Part shown: positions 22,658 to 36,152 of the stretch, in pieces
Layout of the letters: each line of letters starts with the position of its first letter
Numbering within the stretch: the first letter of the stretch is position 1
Assembly: GCF_003918875.1 (NCBI RefSeq)
Contig: NW_025765492.1
Coordinates: 744,001-808,000, forward strand
DNA length: 64,000 nucleotides
Reading direction: 5' to 3'
Source of the DNA: Haliotis rubra
Taxonomy: Eukaryota
Program-made: the position numbers and the translations under genes
The notes under the pieces: generated by a model
What the model saw: the letters and a program-made list of their open reading frames with translations, nothing else
Told to the model about the DNA's origin: nothing
The model's database searches: none

Positions 22658-25600
22658 ATGATGTCAGCTCCAACGTACGTCGCTACCACGATACTAGTAA
22701 GTTAGTCAACTGCATTGTACTGTAATGTAAACTCTACTGACCAGGGAAAACCAAGTTCTATGGAGAGTCATCTTCTTTATTGCAATTAGTTTCGGTGTAG
22801 GTACTAACGCTATCAAGCAAGTGATGATAACGGTGATGATATCATATGCTTGATAACCGTGTTAGGACCTACACCGAAACGTCGCACTCATTGCGACAAA
22901 GAAGTTGACTATCCATAGAACTTTGTTTTCCTTCATCTTTACAACTTCTAAAATGCCTCTCATAGAAACTACTGACCAGGTTTAGACCACAATACCACAA
23001 GTATATTAACAAGCATAAGTGTCACATGTTTAACATCGCCTCCCCATATCAGTGGGTTGTGTCCACCTATTATCTCGTTTCTCTCACCCTCAAGGTTACT
23101 GACAAAAGGGAGGGACCAATCAATTAGATTTGCGTTATGTGTTTTCTGACTGACTGAGTGACTGAGTTTGGTTTTACGCCGCTTTTAGCAATATTCCAGC
23201 AACATCGCGGCGGGGGACACCAGAAATGGGCTTCACACATTGTGCCCATGTGGGGATTCGAACCCGGGTCTTCGGCGTGAGAAGCCAACGCTTTAACCAT
23301 TAGGCTACCCCACCGCCCCTGTTTTCTGAACATCGACAGTAGACTGTTATTTAGTTTTCAAAAACCTTCAGGTTACTGGATGTTTTTGTTGAAAGCTCAC
23401 TTTATCGTTATTACTGCAATATGAAAAGTTAGTCAAACACAGTTTGATGGTGTTTAAATGGATGCAAACAAGCAGCGATTACTCGATAGCGATGTACTTG
23501 ACACGAGTGTCGGAGTGCGTTCTCCACGTTGCGACTTGTAGCAACAACTTGTAGCATGCAACACAGTTGCAACGTGAGAACACCCTACTAGTAACGATTT
23601 GAAATCGCATACAACTAGTGGCAGCCGAGTTGTAAGACATCAGATTTGTCCTTATTCCTACTACAAATCGCAAGCTCTCAACCAAATACACTTCGCTCTA
23701 CCACCATGTATACTGTAATAAAACACACTTTTGCCCTGAACTATTATAGTTAAAGCACGAGGACGCTTGCGTCCGAGTGTTTTAACGTTATAATAGTTCA
23801 GGGCGAAAGTGTGTTTTATTACACTATACATGGTGGTAGGGCGAAGTGTATTTCTTTTCTAAGATACCAAATTTAATACTTTCTAAATATAATTACGATT
23901 AATTTAAGGCAGAAAACAAACGACGGTGTCGGTGACCTAAATTAAGAATCCTCGCACAGGGCTAACTGGCGCGCTGTTCTATTGATGTGTCTGCCCCCTA
24001 CGTTAAGACGAACGTTACCAGAAAAAGACAAATGATAACAGTTTGATGACGGTTTACGTTCGGATTAAATATCTTCTGAATTATTTTAATTACATCTGTC
24101 ATTAACGTAAACCATATGGGGCAATATGAACGTTGCATTTCTACTACCAGCGTAAGTTTAGATCAGTACATCCAGAGAAGTTGAGTAGTCAAGCGACATT
24201 CCACAATTGCATTGTGGAATGTAAACATTACGAACGTTACCGTGTCGCTGAAAACTTGTGAGTCGAAATGACACATTTTAACCGTCGTAAAACATAAACG
24301 TAATGTTTCCACCAGTGATGTTAGCTGCGTGAAGCAACAGCAAACCAAGAAACTGGATGCAACGGTGTAGTTTACTGTAGGAGGCCGTACGAGGCGATGA
24401 CAACTGACATGCATCGTGACGTCGCTTACATTGTGACGTAATGTAAAATGGTTCGATTACGAGGGGGCACACTAGAATGGCACAGTGACGGGATAACGTC
24501 ATTCAATTGTTACGTCATCAAAAAACTATACCTTTATTGTCTGATAATGTATTTTTTTTTCGATTGTTCTAACCGCTAGGCATCTTAGAAATTAATTCAT
24601 CATGATTTGGGGTATAGTTTGGTGATGAATGTGGACTGAGATGCTGTTTTGAAGTTTTTGTGACAGTTTTCACCGGTGGGACAGGATAGTCTAATGATCA
24701 ACGCGTTCGCTCGTCACACCCGGATTGAGTCCTCACATAAGTAAAACGTGTGAAGCCCCCAGCCGTGATATGGCTAGAGTATTGCACAAAGCGGCGTAAA
24801 ACCATACTTACTTCCCGGTGATGATCATTCTGTGTTTTATCACCACGTTCGGTCCATGGGATTGGTTATTACGTAAACTGCTGCGTTGGCACGCTGTATG
24901 GATTGAAACCACGAGGCTACCCCTAGCCGTAATAAGGGGCGGTGGGGTAGCTTAGTGGTTAAAGCGTTCGCTCGTCACTCTGAAAACTCGGGTTCTATTC
25001 CCCAAATGGATACAACGTGTGAAGCCGATTTCTGGTGTCAACCGCCGTGATATTGCTGGAATATTGCTAAAAGAGGAGTAAAAAAACTAAACACACTCAC
25101 TAACCGTGATAAAAGTGAACTCATTCACTTACGAAGTTTCACTTTTTCGAAACCTACGTTCACGATGATGATGATGCTTTGCTATATAACAAATGAACGA
25201 AACCCATTATCCCTCACACGTCACAGGAACAGTCGGAATAAAACACCTATTCAGTTACCCATGAGCGTACTGGCCTTCGTATGATAACAACACGATACTG
25301 TCAGTCTGTATATTCCAGTCCGATCCCTACGTCATGAAGGGAGATGGCGAGGCCTATGAAGGGTTCCTCGTTGACATACTCGACAAAGTTGCTGAGAAGG
25401 TTGGTTTCTACTACCTCATTCAGCCCTCAAAAGGCGGACAATACGGTTCTTACAGCAATGGACAATGGAGCGGCATGATTGGAGAGGTGGTACGAAGGGT
25501 ATGTATACACAGTAATAAACTGTGTAGTTCCTGCGATTTGTCAGTTTTGTCTGCAAAAGACCCTGCTTTTACCAAAAATGTTAATGACTATGGAAAGTGT

Positions 25601-27199
25601 GCGTCGCCTTTATATTCATACGGTTGCATAATGTATTACACACAGCAAATAAGTAGTACATTTTCAATATCTACAAAGGAAATCACATAGAAAAAAATAA
25701 GTTAGATATTTAGAACTTCTCAGGAAACACAAAACCAGTACAGCGTGGGCCTGTGAATATCAATCACTGCAGTAATTACCTATTGCGAACACCATACGTT
25801 GTCAGACACAATACGTTAACCACTGTACTTTCACATTTACCAAACGTACCTGCCAAAAAAGTCACACTAGGAGATGAGATATCGTTAACGTTTTCTTGAC
25901 CAGGAGGCAAACATAGGCCTGGGAGACGTCATCATTACCAGAGAAAGGGAACGAGTTGTGGACTTTTCCAAGCCATATCTAACCCAGACGCTACGTCTTC
26001 TGGTGAAAAAGCCTAGAATGTATGACCCTGGTCTTACTTTTTTGCTGGAACCATTCTCGGTGGAGCTTTGGTTTTATATCCTGTTTGCGCTTCTCCTCGT
26101 GGCAATCCTATTTGTCCTCATCGGTCGGTTCAACCCGTTTGAATGGAGACAAGTGCCATCGGACAAAGACCCCAGAGGTGCAAGACACAGCTTTGGCCTG
26201 AGAGAGAGTTTCATGTTTGTGTTCAGCACTATCACACTGCAAGGTAAGAACGTGAACCAGTTCAAGAAATGCACCTCACATTCCAAACGTTTCTCTTTCA
26301 ACCCATATTCCAATTTGGATGCGTTTAACAAAATGTATTCCACATTAATCTGAAACTTTCGAGGGGAACACTTAAATTGTATTCATATGATAAAAACTGG
26401 ACAAGGTATGTGACTCTAGCATAATTTTAACATGTCTAACATGATATTAATATATTTCTAAATCTTTGTTTCTAGACGTTCATGACGTGTTGCAGGTTAC
26501 CGAGAAACTCCCCGGTCTCTGGCAGGACGGGTGTTGGCCGTGTCTTGGTTCATCTTCGTCTTCTTCACCGTGGTGGCCTACATCGGAGCAGCTGTGACCT
26601 TCATGTTGGCCGGAGAAAGGATGCCATCACTGCCTTTTGAAGATCTTGAGGACATAGTTAATGGTGGGAAAATCCAAATTGGAATGGTGCGCCATGGAAG
26701 TGCGTTTAAATCTTTCAAGACGAGTAAAGTAGACATCTACCAGCGTGTGGCTGCCTACGTTGAGATGCAGAACTCGTTTGTCAACAACACTGCAGAAGGA
26801 ATTGAAAGGGTTAGACGTAGGCATGGAAACTTTGTAATGATTATGGAGTCGTTGAGAGCTGAATACATTACTGAGCGACAGTGTGATGTTATGGTGTATG
26901 GGAAAAGTCATTTTAGTAAGGCCTTGGCTTTTTTCACAATTCAAGGGTCCGGTCTCAAGCAAAAAATCGATGATGCTTTGCTCACATTGAAAGAAGATGG
27001 CACAATGCACATGCTGAAGGAGAAGTGGTGGAAAGCGGGGTTCTGTGGGCCTGCTGTGAATAAAAAAGAACCAACTATCAGGGCTGTAGAAGTTACGGTT
27101 CGGAGACTTGCAGCACCGTTCCTGCTGCTGCTGGCGGGTGCCATTCTAGCTGTTGTAGTCCTGTTGGGCGAGATCGTCTTCAGGAAACTCAGGCAGTAG
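22658..27199 (+). CDS. Minimal iGluR/IR-like receptor copy 1, ~420 aa; exons 22658-22696, 25319-25498, 25904-26243, 26496-27199
   Basis: GT-AG introns in consistent phases (0,0,1). S1 motifs TTIL-SDPYVM, YEGFLVDIL, GQWSGMIGEV, ITRERERVVDFSKPY; M1; pore STITLQG; PRSLAGR; M3; S2 with MES and two Cys; M4; short tail. Confidence 0.92.
22746..22968. mobile_element. Foldback (inverted pseudo-LTR) Penelope-like remnant; second copy 38681-38919
   Basis: Long imperfect palindrome, core tgataa-ggtgt..acacc-gaaacgtc, shared 3' tail. TSDs CTACTGACCAGG and TGTTCTGTAAC. Confidence 0.6.
23684..23853. repeat. ~170-bp near-perfect palindrome, probably part of a non-autonomous DNA element (Crypton-like) extending to ~24595
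   Basis: Arms aaatacacttcgctctaccaccatgtat...gccctgaactattata and tataatagttcagggc...catggtggtagggcgaagtgtattt around ggacgcttgcgtcc. Confidence 0.75.
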
Positions 27200-30100
27200 A
27201 GCTTCAGGCTTTTCTAAAATGCATTCATGCTTTGGGTGTCGTTTCAAAGCCACTACTTTCCTTCATATTTCCCTTCACTTTGTGTTGCGATCTCAAGTAG
27301 ATCTTAATAAGTAGTTGTGTTGACTGTTGACACTGTCAAAATGTTATCGTAGACTTATACACATTTAGATACTTGTACACCCTATATAAACATTTAACGT
27401 GAGCTTCACGATCCAAGCCTGGCGGATTAGCTGCGCAATGTGTCATTAAATATGTCATGAGACATATAAATCTATGATGTAGGGTTCAATTACAAGTTGA
27501 CGGCATGTTTTTTCTAACATCATTTATATTTTTCATCTTTGAGAAATATGTTCATTTCGCTGGTGTAGATTAAGGACGTGTGATGTTTGTGGCTGGCAAT
27601 GAAATCTAAAGTGACAGAAGCTGCTTAACAGAATTCCGTTCATTGCCAGAACCCTGAGACTATGGGTCCGCATACCAGAATTGACCCAATAAAGTTTCGT
27701 TAGTCGTGCCAGGATGATGTTGGGTTGGAATCTAATGTTATGGACCCGTGAAGGTCCGGGTTAGAATATTGATCTTTAGTAACCCATGCTTGTCGTAAGA
27801 GGCGACTAACGGGATCGGATGGTCAGGCTCGCTGGCTTGGTTGACACATGTCATCGGTTCCTAATTGCGCAGATCGATGCTCATGCTTTTGATCACTGGA
27901 TTGTGTGGTCCAGACTCGATTATTTACAGACCGCCGCCATATAGCTGGAATATTGCTGAGTGTGGCGTAAAACTTAACTCACTCACTAATGTTATCGATG
28001 GTTTGTCTGAACCAAAGTTGGAAGCATCTAAGACTTGCATCTTTTCATGCTTTCTTCTCCTACCACGCTGATATAGTTGCTATGATTGTGCTGACGCTGT
28101 ATGGAGGCTTCTTATATATCACTGACGAAAACTTTCCTTTATCAAGTTCTCACATAATTGTATTGGTGTTTGATTTTATCTGTTATGCATGGAGCAAAAT
28201 ATATTGTGACAATAATCACAGTCCTGAGTCTCATTTAAAACAAATACGGGCACCAACAATGATCAGTCTCCTCAACGAAGGGCAGCTGTAGGCGTGTTGG
28301 GTGAACACGTTTATACCCCAAACTGCTGAATTAAATACACCACACTCATAATGTGGACACAAACTATGAATTTTATAGTTGAAACATGTAACATTATTTG
28401 TCACATACTGCTTCCCAGTACCTTCATACAGTGACAATAGGAACTTTAACTGCAACAGGCAGGTGGCAGATGTGAACACAACAGACACAATACATAACTT
28501 AACAGTCTAGCTAAACACAGGCCACGAATAAATGTTCCACAACGTGACCTCGGTTGGAAGTCGTGATCATTACTGTGTTGTAATGGAAGTGATATTTTAG
28601 AACGTTTAGGGTGTGTGCTATGTAATGACTCCGTTAATGTATGTCAACTACAGCGACAAAGGGAAGGACCATCTGATATTTGGAGGGAAGTGTGTGTCCG
28701 CCAGTAGATAACAAACACAATTGTTAAACAAAAAACATACGTTGTCTACTTGGATATTCTGAACAAATGTATCTGAGAGCAAATATATACCCAGTCCCCA
28801 AAAAACTAATCTGTTATGGTAGAAATGTATTTCAGAAATACATTTCTGATTGGCCTTCCCCAAGTCATGGACTAATATGGGGGTGAGGTGACCAGGTTTG
28901 ACGGTTGTAACTCACATTTTCAGTCACGTGTTTGATTTGATTGCCGGAAAACTATTATCTGTTTAGGTGATCCCATCCGGGAACTCAACATTTTAGATGG
29001 CTAATTCGGAAAGGTCAAACGATTATGTTGTATCAGCTGATGATAACATATAACGATACTAATTTACAACAACCCAGACCATGATTGGCTGAAATATGTG
29101 GAGATATTCTGATTCATGTCAAGGTTGTTCCTCAGCACTGAGTGCGGCCCTTGCCTGGAGGAGAGATTTGAAGAACCAAAAGTTATTGGGGTAAGTTTAT
29201 TTATTGTCTTTTACAAACGGTAATAAAACAGATATTGAAGATGGACACGGGCGATTCTGCTGCCTGGGGCGCCGGTTTTCTCTGAATTGTCGGGTACCCG
29301 ACTCCCATCATTTACTTTCAGACTTCGTTCATGTTAAGGGTCTAAATATTGGGTAAAATTACTGTAAAATCGATGCCTGCATGTTAGTTTTGTTTGTTTG
29401 TTTATTTGTTCAGCAATATTCAAGCTATATGACTGCAGTCATAATCGAGTCTGAACCAGACAATACTGTGATCAAATCTATGAACATCAATCTCTTCAAT
29501 TGCGATACGATGACATGCGTCAACCATGTTTGCGAACCTGACCACCCGGTCCTCTTTGTCGCCTCTTTCCATGCATATAATAATATTGCACTTGCAGCGT
29601 GAGTGCCATAGAACAACAGCATCTTCAGTTCATGTCGAGGGCTGTCAGTTATAAACTGTGTTAATCGCACCTCCTTGGGCTAGACTCGCAATTCAGTACA
29701 GTTTAATGGCTACATAGTTGGATCAAAGCGATAGTACTATATTGAAAAATATTTTATTTCAATTCTGTGGCTGTTCTGTAACAGTTCTGTCTTGTGTTGA
29801 CCCTATGACAAAAAACACATTCAACTTGTTTGAGAGACATTAGAAGTTGCCTCGTAAGTGGATTTGTGTGTTTCATAATAGAGTGGAGAGATCTATTAAG
29901 AACACAATGGAATGGATCGGGTATTCCAGTTGTGTGGATCGATGCTCGTAATGCCCATCCTGTCTGGCCCAAACACCAAGAAAACATGCACTTGGCGTTG
30001 ATTCACAAACCATAGTATCTTTGGATCTCTCTTCCTTGATAGTGAATAAAATGTTGATAAAACGGAGTCGGGTTTCCGTGTCCCTCACATGCTTCTTAGT

Positions 30101-30323
30101 TGAGGGATTCATTGTTGACATCAAACCCTTATATAACTATAAATACGAAAATAACATATGATGATGAATCAGATAAAACATATAAAAAACACACTCGGGA
30201 AAATAAACAAAAGTTTTGCCAGGTTCATCTGTGGTGTGAATTAATAATTCCATTTCTGCATATTTCAGATTTAAACTGTTTCATACTTATTTATTCTTTT
30301 TCAGTACAAGTTAACAATCCACG

Positions 30324-33300
30324 ATGTCAGCTCCAACCTACACCGTTACCTCGATACTAGTAAGTTACTGAAAGTATCCTTTGATTCAGGCCAAGTTCAA
30401 ACCTCATCGCGACATATTAAGCTTAAGTGGTCGTGTAATATAATTTTCATCATCGGCCCTCTAATGTGAACAGTTATTAACTTTGCAAAACTGTCATCAT
30501 TTTTACTGTAATATGAACTGAAGATTAATCCATGTTTGATGCTCGCTAAAATGTGATCGATGATGGTGATGTATTTGACAAGAGTGTCAGAGCTTTATAC
30601 ACAACGTTGGATGTGCATCGCACACTGATCCCAGTATTGTTTTGGGGTCAAAGTTAGTTGCCATGTGTATTCTTTATTTGTCAGGCTGTTTTTTTAACCA
30701 TAATTGTTAGAATTGGATGGTAATGATATTGGGCTGGGATATTGGTTGGAATGTGTTTGGAATGGTTGCCAGCGGTAAGACAGGATACGCTCAAGGTAGT
30801 CTAGTGGTTAAAGCGTTCACTCCTCACATTGAGTTTGATTCCGAAATAGGTAAAATATGTGATGGCCATGTCTGATGTCACCGCGATAAGACGTGATATG
30901 GCTAGATTATTGCTAACAGCGTCGTAACACTATACTCACTCGCTCACGTATTTGTATACACCTGGTATCACCGCACAGACATCTCAGACACATGTTAATA
31001 GTATAGTCGGATTCGTACATTTAATTCTGCTTAACCAAAGATAGTGGAAAGGGTAGTGTCGCTGTTATTAGTTCAAGGAGCTAGTTTCATTAACCAACTC
31101 ATCCTCATGTATAGGAAATGACCAACCCTAACGATTGCGGGGCATGTCTGATGTCCGGCAAAATACTTGTAGTGATTGCCTGACTGACTGACTGAGTTTG
31201 GTTTTACGCCGCTTTAAACAATATTCCAGCTACATCACGGCGGGGGAACACCAGAAATGGGCTTTACACATTGTACCCATGTGGGGATTCGAACCCGGGT
31301 CTTCGGCGTGACGTACTTGTAGTGAAAAGGAGAGAACCTACTTGTATGTCTTCTCCCGACTGACTGATGCATTACCGTCACCACAGTCGTTAGTGACATC
31401 GTACCCCAACAGCGTGGATCCTTGCTCATATCAATCACCGGATTGTCTGGTCCAGTATTCCATACAGTCGGGTCTGTTTAGGTGCTAAAACTGCGCGATT
31501 CGTTGTGTAGAGACGTACCAGTAACAGTGAGAGTTTCCAGTAATATCACGACAGGGGCACGCTAGAAAAGGGCTTGACACATTGTAACCCATGTGGAGGA
31601 TCGAACCCGTACCTGACGAGTGAACACTGTAACCACACAGCTACTCCACCACCCAAAACTGAAACATTGTTCATACCAACTGTCCTTCACTTTAAATGAA
31701 TATGTTTCATGCATTTCAATAACATCCATTTTCACAGCTGTGTAGCATTATTGCTCGAATACTAGGTTCACAATGTTTATAATTATCTGCTGTAGCGTCA
31801 TGTTCGTGTCCATGGAATTGGCTGTTACGTTAATCACTCTTTGAAAAGAAACCATTAGGCTACCCCAACACCCCAAACCGTGACAGAACTGAAATACCGT
31901 TCAAACCAGCGTTTAAACAACTCGGTCACTTACTTTCTGTAAGTTAATGATGATGATTATGATGATCAACGATACTATCTATGAGCGTATTTGTCTTCGT
32001 ATCATAGCAACATGTCTGTATATTCCAGTCCGATCCCTACGTCATGAAGAAAGATGGCGAGGGCTATAAAGGATTCCTCGTTGATGTACTCGACAAAGTT
32101 GCCGAGCTGGTGGGCTTCAAATACAACATTCGGCTCTCTAAAGACGGCAAATACGGATCTTACGGCAATGGACAATGGAGTGGCATGATTGGAGAGGTGG
32201 TACGAAGGGTATGTATACACTCTAGTTCCAGTATTTGTCTGCAATACAGGCTTTTGGCAAAGTGTTTTGTCTGTGTGTGCCTCTTTCATATTTATAAAGA
32301 TTCCACCCTTGAAGGTCCAGGTTAGAATGAACCTTCAGTAACCCATGCTTGTCGTAAGAGGCGACTAACGGGATCGGGTTGGTCAGGCTCGCTGGCTTGG
32401 TTGACACATGTCATTGGTTCCCAATTACTCAGATCGATGCTCATGCTGTTGATCACTGGATTGTTTGATCCAGACTCGATTATTTACACACCGCCGCCAT
32501 ATAGCTGGAATATTGCTGAGTGTGGCGTAAAACTAAACTCACTCACTCACTATAAAGTTTCACGTATGACATGCTTTATTACACTTAGCAAAAAACATAG
32601 CATATTTTCAATATTTAAAAAGAAAATCAAAATATATTTAGAACGGCATCGGCCTAATGTGACTAGCAGTCACTTTAGTTCCTATAAACCATAAGGTTCA
32701 CTGTTGAACTTTCACGTTTACCAACTGTATCTGCCAACAAAGTCATATCAGGAAGTGAGGACATATTTAACCTTTCCTTGACCAGGAGGCAAACATAGGC
32801 CTGGGAGACGTCACCATTACCAGAGAAAGAGAACGAGTTGTGGACTTTTCCAAGCCATACCTAAGTCAGACTCTACGTCTTCTAGTGAAAACGCCTAAAA
32901 GGTATGAACCTGGCCTTGGCTATTTTCTGCAACCATTCTCGTCGGAAATTTGGTTGTCTATCCTGTTTGCGCTTCTCCTCGTGGCAATCCTATTCGTCCT
33001 CATCGGTCGGTTCAACCCGTTTGAATGGAGACAGGTGGCATCGGACAAAGACCCCAGAGGTGCAAGACACAGCTTTGGCCTGAGAGAGAGTTTCATGTTT
33101 GTGTTCAGCACTATCACACTGCAAGGTAAAAACGTGAACCAGTTCAAGAAATGCACCTCACATTCCAAACTTTTCTCTTACAATCCCTATTCCAATATGG
33201 ATGCGTTTTAAAATATACATTCCACATTAATTTGAAACTTGGTAGGGTAACACGTAAACTGTACTTATGTGATAACAGCTGTACGTGTTGTTGGCACCAG

Positions 33301-34079
33301 CATAAGTTTAACATGTAGTGATATCAATATTTCCAAATCTTTCTGTTTCTGTTCATGACATGTTGCAGGTTACCGAGAAACGCCCCGGTCTCTGGCAGGA
33401 CGGGTGTTGGTCGTGTCTTGGTTCATCTTCGTCTTCTTCATCGTGGTGGCCTACATCGGAGCAGCTGTGACCTTCATGTCAGCCGAAGTAGGGATGCCAT
33501 CACTGCCTTTTGAAGATCTTGAAGACATAGTTGATGGTGGGGACATCCAAATTGGAATGGTGCGCCATGGGAGTTCGTTTAAATCTTTCAAGACGAGCAA
33601 AGTAGACATCTACCAGCGTGTGGCTGACTACGTTGAGATGCGGAACTCGTTTGTCAACAACACTGCAGAAGGAATTGAAAGAGTAAGACGTAGTCATGGA
33701 AACTTTGTAATGATTCTGGAGTCGTTGCAGAGCTGAATACATTACTGAGCGACAGTGTGATGTTATGGTGTATGGCAACAGTCATTTCAGTCAGGCCTTG
33801 GCTCTTTTCACAAATAAAGGGTCCGGTCTCCATCAACAAATCGATGATGCTTTGATCACATTGAGAGAAGATGGCATAATTCACATGCTGCAGGAGAGAT
33901 GGTGGAAAGCGGGGCGCTGTATTCCTCCAGATGTTGAGAAAAGACAGCAACCAACCACCAGGGCTGTACAAGTTACCTTTCGGAGACTTGCAGCACCGTT
34001 CCTGCTGCTCCTGGTGGGTGCCATTCTGGCTGTTGTAGTCCTGTTGGGCGAGATCGTCTTCAAGAAACTCAGGCAGTAG
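30324..34079 (+). pseudogene. Receptor copy 2; exons 30324-30359, 32029-32208, 32786-33125, 33369-34079; 1-bp insertion at ~33728 gives a premature TGA at 33736
   Basis: Same exon sizes as copy 1 apart from exon 4. TTGcAGAGCTGAA versus TTGAGAGCTGAA in copy 1. Otherwise intact, so a recent pseudogene or an assembly error. Confidence 0.8.
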
Positions 34080-35105
34080 GGTTTCAGGGTTTTTTAAGCT
34101 ATCTGCATTGGATGACCAGAATGCCATCGTATACTTATTCACGTTTTGATAGTTGTACACCCCATATAAACATTTACTTTGATTGACGTGTGCTTCACGA
34201 TTCCAGCCTGGACTCTATGATGTAGTGTTCAGTTAGAAGGTGACGGCATGTTTTTCTGACATCATTTACATATATTTTCACCTTTGAGTTAGATGCATAT
34301 TTTAGTGTGTACATTGAGGACGAGTGATGATGAATTTGCGGCTAGCCAACTTGTCTAAAACGCCGGAAGTCGCGTAACAGAATTCCGATCTTCACCTGAA
34401 CCCTGTGACTATGGGTCCGCATCCCAGAACTAACCCGATAAAATTTCGTTAGTCGTGCCGGTGTGATGCTGGGTTCGAATCTAATGTTAGATCCTCTCAT
34501 CCTTGGTTTGTCTGAATCATACACGCCAAAGTGGGAAGCATCTAAGACTTCCATCCTATCGGGCTGTCCTCCCTGAAGATACTGATATAGATCCTACGAC
34601 TGTGTTGACGCTTTATGTAGGTTTCCTATATATCACTGATGAACACTTTCGGTATACATTTTTTTACGTTTATTCATTCAAATCAAAGGCCACAGGCCCA
34701 TAGGACGTACATTAACCGCACATACACATTTTCTTATACCTCAATATATACACGATGAATAAATTTCACAGTTAGTACTATAGTAATACACAATGCATGA
34801 TAATAATATTATTGGTGTACCGATGGGTAAAGTTTAAATGCTAGAAATACATACTTACATTTAGCAGTGTTTGAAGACATGTGGAATTGATAAGATTTAC
34901 AAAGATTTCTATAGTATGCATCGCCATGACTTTCGGTATATAGACGTATATGTAACCTAAATCAGCTTCTCACGTTGTTGTATTGGTGTTTGATTTGATC
35001 TGTTATGTATGCAGCAGAATATATGATGACAATAATCACAGTCCTGGTTTTCATTTAAACAAACACGAGCATCAACAATGATCAGTTGTTACTCTCCTCA
35101 ACGAA

Positions 35106-35462
35106 GACCGCCTCCGTGGTGTAGTGGTTAGAGCGTCCGCCCGGAGAGCGGAAGGTCGCGGGTTCGATCCCCGACCGCGTCATACCAAAAGACGTTAAAA
35201 TATGGTACTTGTTGGTCTCTGTCTGGCGCTCGGCATTAATGGGTACAACAAGGACTGGTCGGCTCGGAGTCAGTATACTGTGTCTGAGTGGGGTATTCAT
35301 GCTTCACTGCGGCATGGTATCGCAGTGGGCTAGCACTATAAAACCAGCTTAAGTCTGGGCTAGTACAAGCAGCCGCACATACACATACACACGCATGCAC
35401 GTCGTCATATGAGCGAAATATTCCCAAGCACGACGTTAAACCCAATTTCACCTCACCTCACC
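35106..35462 (+). mobile_element. tRNA-derived SINE family C (V-domain/RUDI-like); second copy 55495-55850 (-)
   Basis: tRNA head, gtcataccaaaagacgttaaaatatggtacttg core, (cacct)n tail, TSD CTCCTCAACGAAG; empty site in paralogous flanks (28268, 44341). Confidence 0.88.
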
Positions 35463-35527
35463 TCCTCAACGAAGGACTGTTACACGCGTGTTGGGTGAAC
35501 ACGTTCATACACCAAACTGCCACATTA

Positions 35528-35872
35528 AGGGACAGTTCATAATTTATGGCTAAGGGGGGGTGATGATGATTTTATGAAGAAGCATGTACAATTTGAATGA
35601 CCCCCCTAAATTTTCTGTGACACCACCCACCACCCACCCCCAGTGAACAAAATCCCCCTTCCCATAATTTCTAAGCATATTTTTGTAATATTTTTATGTA
35701 CATAATTGCTGACCCACCTTGTACATGTGTACAAAATTGATGACCCCCTACCTCCCCAGAACAAAATGGGTAACAACCACCCCCTTGAAATCATCATCAC
35801 CATCACACCCACCACCACCACCCCCACCCCAACCCCAACCCCCAACCCCAGCCAAAAATTATGAACAGCTCT
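35528..35872. mobile_element. Small TIR element at a TAA/TTAA target
   Basis: Ends agggacagttcataatttatggct and agccaaaaattatgaacagctct; absent at the paralogous site 28330. Confidence 0.75.
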
Positions 35873-35907
35873 AAATACACCACACTCATAATGTGGACTC
35901 AAACTAT

Positions 35908-36152
35908 CAGAGGTGTGACGATACAGAAATTTCACGATACGATACGTATCGCGATATCGTGGAACGATACGATTCGATACGATGCATATCACGATATGCT
36001 ATCTTTAGTTACTTTCTTTTAAAAAGTGTATTTTGATAACAAGTAACAGACTGAGTGTAAATTTTGACATAACCGTCAATTTCTAGTGAAAATTCACAAT
36101 TTTAAGGTCAACGATACGATTGTCGATACTACGATATATCGTCACAGCTCTA
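35908..36152. mobile_element. hAT-type MITE
   Basis: TIR cagaggtgtgacgata / tatcgtcacagctcta, 8-bp TSD CAAACTAT, cgata subterminal repeats, empty site at 28360. Confidence 0.9.

Noticed and set aside
22642-22696. Receptors borrowing a signal peptide from the same upstream exon that feeds the mucin exons
   Set aside because: Mucin exons need a phase-1 donor while this exon needs phase 2, and each receptor has its own conserved upstream block.
24935-25010. tRNA genes (also 35106-35180 and 1090-1165)
   Set aside because: These are tRNA-derived heads of SINEs or LTRs, continuous with repeat bodies, and lack a proper acceptor stem.
25499-25690. ORF-track extensions of receptor exons (VCIHS..., GKNVNQFKK...)
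   Set aside because: Read-through past clear GT donors; receptor homology resumes in the next exon.
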